Source: Patescibacteria group bacterium (GTDB lineage: Bacteria > Patescibacteriota > Microgenomatia > UBA1400 > PJMF01). Taken from it: DNA of 55,502 nt. The stretch covers positions 1 to 55,502 of the forward strand of contig JBDLIL010000001.1 in NCBI GenBank assembly GCA_039714855.1, read 5' to 3'. Position 1 is the stretch's first letter; each line of letters begins with the position of its first letter. The position numbers were made by a program, and so were the translations under genes. Shown in pieces: positions 26,818 to 34,605 of this stretch. The notes beneath the pieces were generated by a model. That model ran no database searches, had not been told where the DNA came from, and was given only the letters and a program-made list of their open reading frames with translations.

Positions 26818-27294
26818 ATGAAAATTCCCAAGGAGTATTCTCTTATTTCTATAGTGGGATTATTCTTATTGGCGTATTTACTAGATGCAATAGTTGATCC
26901 ACTCACTTTGCCATTGAAAACTCCCTATCATTTTCTTCAGTCTGAATACATGCTGCAATATCCATTTACTTCAGCATCTTTAATTATTAAAAGCATTGCT
27001 TTATTTTTCTCACCACTTTGGATAATGTCTCTTGTGAGTCAGCGTAGCGTGGCCAAGGCTAGCGTATTACTGATTTTAGCTAGCTTGATGCAACTATATG
27101 CCTTGCAAGAAGTAGCCACCAAAGCTGGCCTCATTCCTCTAGAGTGGTCACTATCACTATCACTAGCAGGAGTAGCACTACTGCTACCCGCGATTATTTT
27201 CTTCATTAGGGGCTTACTACTTACAGCCCACCAAAATATCAGCAATGTCAAAATGGAAGAGGCAATAAAACAAGCTCAGCGAGAGGAAGAATAG
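26818..27294 (+). CDS. hypothetical polytopic membrane protein
   Basis: 158-aa ORF with about 4 hydrophobic segments. Confidence 0.5.
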   Translation: MKIPKEYSLISIVGLFLLAYLLDAIVDPLTLPLKTPYHFLQSEYMLQYPFTSASLIIKSIALFFSPLWIMSLVSQRSVAKASVLLILASLMQLYALQEVATKAGLIPLEWSLSLSLAGVALLLPAIIFFIRGLLLTAHQNISNVKMEEAIKQAQREEE

Positions 27295-27310
27295 AGTAAG
27301 TATTTTTTGA

Positions 27311-28168
27311 TTATTTGTGGACTTTGAGAATTTCCATCATGTCTTGGTGACGAGTTTTACTAGCTTCTTTAGACTTCACAGTTTCGTACAAAGATTCTAA
27401 GCTTTGTTTATTTTTAGATATTTCTGCAGAATCTTCACTCTCAGCAACAATCTCTTCTTTTTTTCTAATAAGCTTAATGAGTAAGGCTATTTCTTGCTCA
27501 TCTTTGCTAACTTTTGCTTTTAATTCACCTAAACTGTGCTGTTGTGCTTCCTCAACAGTGACGGGGTTGGTAGGTCTAGCCATACCACCATTCCTTATTG
27601 CAGTTAATTTAGCTGCAGAAACACTTTTAACAGTTTTTACCTTAGAAGTAGCTGTCTTTTTTTTGGATTTACCAGATGTTGATTTAGATGATTTTTTCTC
27701 ACTTGAAGTAGGTTTGTCTTTAGCCGAAACCTTGGCCTTGCTAGTTTTTAGCTTGCCAGGCTTACCTGAAACAGAGTCTTGAATCGGAGCAATAAATTTT
27801 TTTAATAGTTTGTCTTTCAATACCTCAGACAATTTTTCTCTAATATTTTTGCGCGCAACATCATCTGACTCTCTTAAACTAAAATCATTAGCACTAAATT
27901 CTTGTTTGACTTCATCATCGCCTACCTTAATAGTCCAACTTATCTCATGTATATCTTTATTTTTATCCGTTACAAGCAGGTATTGTGCTGAGGCGATAAA
28001 TTTTTCTAAAATTCTTACTTCAATTAGCTTTTTTATTTTTTCTCCGACACTTTCCTCTTCCAATTGATCAAAGTTCTTTATTTCAAGATCCTGAGCAGTA
28101 AATTTACGAGTAATTTTAGCGTCCCCAATTTTTATTGTCCAACTGATTTCACTAATAGACTTACTCAT
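27311..28168 (-). CDS. hypothetical protein: two about 60-aa tandem domains, a Lys/Ser/Thr-rich basic linker and a C-terminal coiled coil
   Basis: ISEISWTIKIGDAKITRKF.A.D...KFIA is repeated as IHEISWTIKVGDDEVKQEF.A.D...KFIA. ATGA start/stop overlap with the upstream 61-aa ORF. Confidence 0.55.
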   Translation of the reverse strand: MSKSISEISWTIKIGDAKITRKFTAQDLEIKNFDQLEEESVGEKIKKLIEVRILEKFIASAQYLLVTDKNKDIHEISWTIKVGDDEVKQEFSANDFSLRESDDVARKNIREKLSEVLKDKLLKKFIAPIQDSVSGKPGKLKTSKAKVSAKDKPTSSEKKSSKSTSGKSKKKTATSKVKTVKSVSAAKLTAIRNGGMARPTNPVTVEEAQQHSLGELKAKVSKDEQEIALLIKLIRKKEEIVAESEDSAEISKNKQSLESLYETVKSKEASKTRHQDMMEILKVHK

Positions 28169-28350
28169 GAGTCAACTCCCTTTGAATCTATAACTATTTT
28201 CTTGGAAATATCGGCCTTTTTTTTCAAACCCTTGATAAGTCCTTTATACTCGGCTATAGTGGCTTCTTCTTTTTCTATCAAATCCTCAAACATTTCAATA
28301 TTTTGCCGGCATTTTTTTATGCCTTGTTTTAGTGCTTTAGGATCGTACAT
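28165..28350 (-). CDS. small coiled-coil protein
   Basis: 61-aa ORF wedged between the 843-aa gene (stop 28353) and the 285-aa gene, with a 4-nt overlap. Confidence 0.45.
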   Translation of the reverse strand: MYDPKALKQGIKKCRQNIEMFEDLIEKEEATIAEYKGLIKGLKKKADISKKIVIDSKGVDS

Positions 28351-28352
28351 GA

Positions 28353-30884
28353 TTAGATGTCGTAGATTGTATCAGTTGTTCTGATAGTTGCAATAGACTG
28401 ACTAGTTCCAGTAGTCTGACCATCCACCTCAAAAGGCTTTATTGGTGTGGTATTAGCAACATTTCGCACCCTAGTCCTAAAATCCAGAGTACTTACATAG
28501 ACAATTGAAGCACTAGCAGTAGAAGTGGCAGCATACTGATCAATTAGTGGTACATAGATATAGTCACTACTAGCAGCTGGCACAATTGGTACGCAATTTA
28601 TCTCAACTGTATTACCACTCGTAGCACTTGTAAAAGCTTTAGTAACGGTTATTTGGGTATCACTATCGACTGACGCCACATACCTTACCTCACTTTGAGT
28701 AGAATTATATACCAAATCTCCTCTTTTTAATGCCGCAGTAAATCCACCAGTACTATATTGCACTGTAGTGGTAGTGCCGCCTGTGGCTGTAAAAGCTGCA
28801 AAGTTAGCTAGAGTAAAGCGACCAGTGCTACCCGCACCACCATTGTTTGCCCAAGAACTAAACCTGATTCGATAATCTTGGTTATCAGTGGCATCTACGA
28901 TTCTCACTACCCCCCCAGCAGATTTACCTGGAGTATCAGCAGTAGCAGCAATAGTAATATCTAGAGTGGCATCACCAATTGCTTCTCCGCCGTAAGCTAC
29001 GTATTCAGTTTTCTTCACACTGCCACTAGATGCAGTTAGCCTAAACATTGCCACCCTATCATCGGTGGTAGTCGCCTCACTTGTCCCTGTCAGGTTAGTA
29101 ACTGTGAGGGTAATAGTAGTTGGCCTTTCCCGTACCGTACCTGTAGCGTCAATTAATTGGAATGAGTTCTCATCTGCACTTAGATAGTTTGTTAGTAATA
29201 CTCCTCTAGCACCAAAGAAGGTCCCACCAGCAAAGGTGCCAAAAGGAGATTGTTTACTAGGTGTAAAGGTAGTAGCCGCTGTATCTGGAGTGAGACTTCC
29301 TGCGCCAGCATCCTGTGAGGTGATGGCGTAAGAAGTACTAAATGTCCCCCTGGCATCCCTCAATAAAAGAACTTTATTGGTAGTATCATGAGAAATTACT
29401 ACTCCAGTGGCTCCGGAAGTAGCTTGCACCACGTTATCTCCTTCAGCGATGGTGCCTCCAGAAACAGTACCTGAATATTTCAGATAAACTTCAGCCCCAA
29501 TATATGCTTCCCCATTAATTCCATCTAGATCATTAGTGGTTTCACCATTTCTGGTAGCGTATTTACACCACTCATAAACTTCTGTCAAAGGATTCTCTTG
29601 ACAATCAATGGTGACGCCATAATACTCATTAGTCCCATCATCATCAATATCAGCAGTAGCAGCCGTAAAACTCACAGTGGGCACAGTGTTATTGGTGTAC
29701 CAAGTTGATAAAGCTGGACCTTGATCGGCAGGCGCACTTGTATTTTTGGTGGCTGAGCCAGTTGCATCTACATCTGTTATCGTCTCTGCCGCTGTACTAA
29801 AGGCAGTCTGCGGATCACCTATCGGATAATAGTGAAGTGTATATGTTGGACTAGAACCAGAAATTAAAGTAAGGATTCCTCTTGCTTCAGACGTTCCCCC
29901 CAGAATTTCATTGCCAACAGTAAAATCGTCTGTGGCTACAGCTGTGGTAGTAATAGATTTGGTCCCAGTGGTGTTATTTAGATCAGAAGAGGCTGAAAGA
30001 GGCACAGGATTACGTCCACCGGATGTATTAGAAGCTTGCAGCTCAAAATTATCATAAAGAGTATTGCCTTTGCGCACAAAAGCTGTCACATAACCGCTAT
30101 CAATAATAGGATTAGATGCAGTAGTGTAATCTCTGATAAAAATACACCTATCATAGGTGCTCTCACTCCACCAATCTTGGGTAGTGTCATTGATGGCTGT
30201 TACCCTAGTTCTATCACCATCGGTGGCAACAGTCCCTTGATAAAAGTAAACGTGAGTGTCGGCTTCGATAGGAGTCACTGTGTAGAAATTAGCCCAAATT
30301 TGCTCACCTGTGGTGGCAGTAGCAGATTGAGCAGATGTGTGTACATTACAAACAAGATCTTGTGCACTATCAAATGAATTGGTGTCAGCATTACTGTCAG
30401 GTCTAATAACTAGATAGTCAGTGCTACCACTAAAATTAATCACCTCCAACAAGGTCCCTGTGTCAGCAACGGTTTGACCTACAATGTCATTACCTACATC
30501 CGCTGCAACAATGGCACCACCGGAAGTAACGGGAGCAACCACTATCCCGATCGTTCCACTTCCAGTTCCAGTCAGAGGATTTCTGGTCCAACCACTGGTT
30601 TTTAGAGCTCCACCAGTAATGTGCTGCATGCAATCGTAAGTGATATACCAGGGATCTAAGTCACCAGCATCGATAATACCAATGGTGTACTCCACTGGAG
30701 TCTGGGCAGACATCACCGAACCATCATCCATTTGGATACTTTCATCCATCAAGTCCGCTAGGGCAGAGTAAACATCATTGATATCTTGAGTCCCTGTAGT
30801 GCTACCCGTCCAGGTAAGTGATTTTTGTCTATTTTCTCCAAGGTATGAAACGGTAATATCGCCACCGAGAATTGTATCAGACAT
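28353..30884 (-). CDS. 843-aa Thr/Ser/Gly/Ala/Asp-rich, Lys-poor fibre-like protein with no signal peptide or TM
   Basis: Long uninterrupted ORF that is visibly more GC-rich than its neighbours. Its N-terminal module resembles the 174-aa ORF at 48355-48879. Four about 40-aa modules of type (V/I)G..I.G..S.A.G.L..I....Y.L.....G.F. AGAGGG Shine-Dalgarno sequence upstream. Confidence 0.7.
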   Translation of the reverse strand: MSDTILGGDITVSYLGENRQKSLTWTGSTTGTQDINDVYSALADLMDESIQMDDGSVMSAQTPVEYTIGIIDAGDLDPWYITYDCMQHITGGALKTSGWTRNPLTGTGSGTIGIVVAPVTSGGAIVAADVGNDIVGQTVADTGTLLEVINFSGSTDYLVIRPDSNADTNSFDSAQDLVCNVHTSAQSATATTGEQIWANFYTVTPIEADTHVYFYQGTVATDGDRTRVTAINDTTQDWWSESTYDRCIFIRDYTTASNPIIDSGYVTAFVRKGNTLYDNFELQASNTSGGRNPVPLSASSDLNNTTGTKSITTTAVATDDFTVGNEILGGTSEARGILTLISGSSPTYTLHYYPIGDPQTAFSTAAETITDVDATGSATKNTSAPADQGPALSTWYTNNTVPTVSFTAATADIDDDGTNEYYGVTIDCQENPLTEVYEWCKYATRNGETTNDLDGINGEAYIGAEVYLKYSGTVSGGTIAEGDNVVQATSGATGVVISHDTTNKVLLLRDARGTFSTSYAITSQDAGAGSLTPDTAATTFTPSKQSPFGTFAGGTFFGARGVLLTNYLSADENSFQLIDATGTVRERPTTITLTVTNLTGTSEATTTDDRVAMFRLTASSGSVKKTEYVAYGGEAIGDATLDITIAATADTPGKSAGGVVRIVDATDNQDYRIRFSSWANNGGAGSTGRFTLANFAAFTATGGTTTTVQYSTGGFTAALKRGDLVYNSTQSEVRYVASVDSDTQITVTKAFTSATSGNTVEINCVPIVPAASSDYIYVPLIDQYAATSTASASIVYVSTLDFRTRVRNVANTTPIKPFEVDGQTTGTSQSIATIRTTDTIYDI

Positions 30885-31028
30885 AATTATTTCCCTCTTT
30901 AATTTAGGTCTTTAGATAAATTTGATAATTAAATACTATCATTTCCAGCATACTAAGTGCAACAAGCTAGTTTGAATTCTTTACCACAAGATATTGGTTT
31001 CAGTTTGGTAGCTAGGTGACAAGTCTAT

Positions 31029-32318
31029 TTACCCAAACTCTTCTCGCAATTTTTTACTTTCAACCAATCCGTCAAAGCCTTCACTTGCTCTTTTCCGGTA
31101 AAGTTTTTTGTCTTTTTTTTCTACTCCCTTGCCTTTGCCAACGGCCTTTTTGTGATCTACTTCCATCATAATGGCATTTTCGGCATAAACATAGGCCCTT
31201 TGCTCTTTGGCAATTTGAGTCAGCTCAGTATCAGCGTAGTGAGATCCATATCCAGGATGAAATAAATTTCCACCATAAAGTTGCTTGTACCAACCTCGTT
31301 GTACCAAGCCAAAACTAGCCAGTCTACCACTCCACTTACCATCATTAAATCCTACTAATCCAGCACCAATAAGTAACATTTCAGTCAGGGCATTTTTTAG
31401 CCAACCTTGTCCTACCAAGGCGTCTTGTGCGGTGTAAACAATTAATTCAGGTTTATTTGCTTTAACATAATCATTAATAATTTTAATGAAGCCTTCTTTT
31501 TTATCATCCATAATAATTTTAATTTGACATGAGATCCCGGCTCTAGCCACCATAGTTTTGGCGGCTTGCGCAGCTTGACTTTCATCAGTAGCAGGCATGA
31601 GTACATGCACTTGGGGTATAGATACATTCTCAATTCTAAAAATCTTTCGCTGCTCAGCTAACCAATCTTCCTGGGTGATAAGCTTCTTGGTGAAATGCTT
31701 GGCTCTGACACTTCCGTGCAACTTGATACTCAAACCTATTTTTTTTGCTTCCAAACAAAATTTTAGATCATGACTTTCTTTATCAGAAATATTCTTTATA
31801 GGTATGTGAAAATTAGAGCCGTATGCAGTCCATTTTTCATCACCTAATTTCTTGTAAGTATTCATGCTCACCATCATCCCACCATAACCGACAGCTGCAA
31901 CTTCATAAATATGATTAGACTTAATCAAGGGAGGATGAATGGTAGTAAAAGTAGTATCAGTATCATTTCTTTCCTCATAAGCTGCAGGCAAATATGGCTT
32001 GCTGCGTTTGAAATAAAGACAACCAATAATATCTAAGTTTCCACCTAAATTTGGAATTTCTAAATATTTTTCAATGATATCGACCGGATAGATCATGTCA
32101 GTATCCAGCCACAAAATATAATCCACATTCCCAGCATCTAAGGCTTTTTTTAGAATATTGTTACGATTAGCATCAGTTCTAACACCCTGACTATGTGAGA
32201 CAGAAATTTTTAGATCAGGAATTTTTGCTCGTGAATAGTCAATAATCTGAAGAAGATTTTCCAGAGCGAAATCGGGGTCAACAACAGCTGGACTGGGCAA
32301 ACCAATAAGTATGTGCAT
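31029..32318 (-). CDS. two-domain glycosyltransferase (N-terminal GT-A/GT2-like with DxD; C-terminal second GT-like half)
   Basis: MHILIGLPS...NRNNILKKALDAGNVDYILWLDTDMIYP matches the GT-A signature. The second half is VHVLMPATDES....ELIVYTAQDALVGQGWL. Confidence 0.65.
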   Translation of the reverse strand: MHILIGLPSPAVVDPDFALENLLQIIDYSRAKIPDLKISVSHSQGVRTDANRNNILKKALDAGNVDYILWLDTDMIYPVDIIEKYLEIPNLGGNLDIIGCLYFKRSKPYLPAAYEERNDTDTTFTTIHPPLIKSNHIYEVAAVGYGGMMVSMNTYKKLGDEKWTAYGSNFHIPIKNISDKESHDLKFCLEAKKIGLSIKLHGSVRAKHFTKKLITQEDWLAEQRKIFRIENVSIPQVHVLMPATDESQAAQAAKTMVARAGISCQIKIIMDDKKEGFIKIINDYVKANKPELIVYTAQDALVGQGWLKNALTEMLLIGAGLVGFNDGKWSGRLASFGLVQRGWYKQLYGGNLFHPGYGSHYADTELTQIAKEQRAYVYAENAIMMEVDHKKAVGKGKGVEKKDKKLYRKRASEGFDGLVESKKLREEFG

Positions 32319-32338
32319 ATAAGCTGATCTATATAATT

Positions 32339-34024
32339 TTAAGCATTTGGGTCTTCTTGCAAAGTTACTGCCAAATTCAGACCTGTACTTGAAGCTATAG
32401 TGGCAGTAGTGCTATATGAAATATATTTAGTATCTCCTGTAGAACTCTTTCTAACTCTCACATAGCAGGCAGCAGGAGTTGACCCTCCAAATGACCCCGA
32501 AGCAACTCCAGAAGCATTAGTATCAGCATTAAGAACCTCAGAGTCATCGGAAGTTAAATGCACAGAAGTCTGAGCAGTGGCAATCGGATCTGTATCAGCA
32601 TCAGTAACAGTAATGGTTATGGAGACAGAGACATTAACAGTAGTGGTAGCACCTACACCATTTCTAATCGAAGGGCTGTCCCCCCCAGTAATATTCAAAA
32701 TCAAAGCCTTGCCAGAATTATTGTAAATCATAGCATCAGTGGAACCGCTGCTGGAAACTAAATTTGATCCAGGAGTACCTCCAAAAGCACCTGTGTAAGT
32801 AAGGCTCGTGACTGCATGAGTAGTAGGACTAGCTGCATGAGCAGAAGTCAGCTCAATAGCGTGGCCATCACTAAAAGCAAAAGTTGAGCTCGTAATCTTA
32901 GTGATGTCATCACAAGTAATAAAAGCTACCCCATCAGCTGTAGTTGAACCCGCAACGACAGCTCCGCTAATAGTTGCACTGGCTTGGGTTAAGCTTTCAC
33001 AGCTATTTAAGGTATTACTAGAAAAAGTAACTCCACTGGTTAATACTATGGCATTAAAATTGGTAAAGGCACAGCTATCAACTGTTAGGGCACCAGAGGT
33101 CCCAGTCACCCCAAAATCAGGCCTGGTATCGGCTGTAGCTCCATCTGCTCCATAGGAGCCCTTGCCTACCATGGTGATAGTAGTAAGAGAAATGACAGAG
33201 TTTGTGTTGGCTAGTGACACATCAATCCCGCAAAAACCAGTATCAACATAATTATCAGGAAAAATTATAGCTTGACTAGAATCAGTAAAGTCGGTTTCGG
33301 TAGATGAGCCAATGGTCAGGACACCCACTACAAAGTAAACACCCTCTACAGAATTGCAGAGGCCATAGCGATTAGTGGAAGTACCCTGGTCAAAAGACTG
33401 AAAGTCTGCGAAGGTGCCATCGGCATCAGCTCCATCGCCACCAACTAAAGTCAGACCAGTACCATGAGTGATGTAATCGATAGCATCCATGGCGACGTTT
33501 TCTGACTTAGCAGTAGCAACGGTCATAGTGGCCATCCAAGCTACCCAATTTATAGCTGTTTGAGAAACTGTGTTAGTTTCTGAGAAAGCATGACCCTCAA
33601 CATTAGGGTCCACCGCAATTACTTGCCAACTGCCTGTAGACGGATACTCAGGAGTTCCTCCGGGACCATATAAATGTCTGTATTTAAAATAAGCACTTCT
33701 TCTACCACCACTACCCACTTCAATATTAGCCCCTGAACCTGCTGTGGTTTCAAGAATACCAACTGTTGTAACAACACACTTGAGAATAAGCACCCGCTTG
33801 GTAGTAGCCATATCTAATGCTGTATCTGGAACCCAACCAATACCTAGTTCGGATCCTTTGACTTTTTCTGATACTGAGTAAGTATTCTGGTAAACAAAAT
33901 CAGGTTCTTGAGCTGCTGCACCACCGCCTGTATCTTCCCAGTCCCCCCCATAAGGAGAAGTTGGAGCTAGTGCTTCTGCGTCCGTCCATCTGGTGCCATC
34001 AAAAGAGACTGATACAGCTGCCAT
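32339..34024 (-). CDS. 561-aa Lys-poor protein with parallel beta-helix-like repeats and no signal peptide or TM
   Basis: Repetitive about 22-aa segments (..CAFTNFNAIVLTSGVTFSSNTLNSCESLTQASATISGAVVAGSTTADGVAFITCDDITKITSSTFAFSDGHAIELTS..) typical of pectate-lyase-fold or tailspike-like proteins. Confidence 0.65.
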   Translation of the reverse strand: MAAVSVSFDGTRWTDAEALAPTSPYGGDWEDTGGGAAAQEPDFVYQNTYSVSEKVKGSELGIGWVPDTALDMATTKRVLILKCVVTTVGILETTAGSGANIEVGSGGRRSAYFKYRHLYGPGGTPEYPSTGSWQVIAVDPNVEGHAFSETNTVSQTAINWVAWMATMTVATAKSENVAMDAIDYITHGTGLTLVGGDGADADGTFADFQSFDQGTSTNRYGLCNSVEGVYFVVGVLTIGSSTETDFTDSSQAIIFPDNYVDTGFCGIDVSLANTNSVISLTTITMVGKGSYGADGATADTRPDFGVTGTSGALTVDSCAFTNFNAIVLTSGVTFSSNTLNSCESLTQASATISGAVVAGSTTADGVAFITCDDITKITSSTFAFSDGHAIELTSAHAASPTTHAVTSLTYTGAFGGTPGSNLVSSSGSTDAMIYNNSGKALILNITGGDSPSIRNGVGATTTVNVSVSITITVTDADTDPIATAQTSVHLTSDDSEVLNADTNASGVASGSFGGSTPAACYVRVRKSSTGDTKYISYSTTATIASSTGLNLAVTLQEDPNA

Positions 34025-34025
34025 A

Positions 34026-34541
34026 TTAGTTGTTGTTTATTTTCAATTTATAAATTTCCATGTTTCCCAAGTTTCCCATAAAGTCACCCATGATTTGTGA
34101 TGATCTTGATTTTATTTTCTGATTGAGTACAACGTAGTCACCTTTACCCTTTTTTAGATTATCGTAATCGACAATTATAGCTGGCAAATTAAATTTATTG
34201 ATCATTTCCATGATAATTGATTTGCCAGTGATTTTGTGGGCGTCTTTTCTGACATCAAGCACAAATATCCACTTGCCGCCATTAAAGTCACTAATAGTTA
34301 GCATGACTCCGCTTTTATCTGGTCTACTTTCTACGGTACCAAAACCTCTTTTCCAAGCGCATTCAAAAGTACTACAAATTTTTGGTCTTTTTTTGCTGCC
34401 AAAAATACTACATCTTTTTTTACCACTTTTCGTTAAATACTGACAAGCTACACAAGCTGGTTTATTAAATTCACCTTCTTTGACTTCAGCCACCACGCAA
34501 CAAACACCACATTCACCGCATTGTCGCCTGCCGTTCTTCAT
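34026..34541 (-). CDS. YkgJ-type CxxCxxCC cysteine-cluster protein (putative Zn/Fe-binding)
   Basis: MKNGRRQCGECGVCCVV... plus further Cys pairs (CVACQY, CSTFECAW). ATG 34541 chosen because the cluster normally sits near the N-terminus. The longer ORF to 34682 would overlap the divergent gene. Confidence 0.6.
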   Translation of the reverse strand: MKNGRRQCGECGVCCVVAEVKEGEFNKPACVACQYLTKSGKKRCSIFGSKKRPKICSTFECAWKRGFGTVESRPDKSGVMLTISDFNGGKWIFVLDVRKDAHKITGKSIIMEMINKFNLPAIIVDYDNLKKGKGDYVVLNQKIKSRSSQIMGDFMGNLGNMEIYKLKINNN

Positions 34542-34605
34542 AATTTTTTTATACAACGAATTATAGATGTTTTTATAGGGGTAAATTGTATTATACTGAA
34601 GAAAC

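Noticed and set aside
28353-34024. Diversity-generating retroelement targeting the fibre-like proteins
   Set aside because: There is no reverse-transcriptase ORF. I could not find a template-repeat and variable-repeat pair with adenine-specific mismatches by eye.
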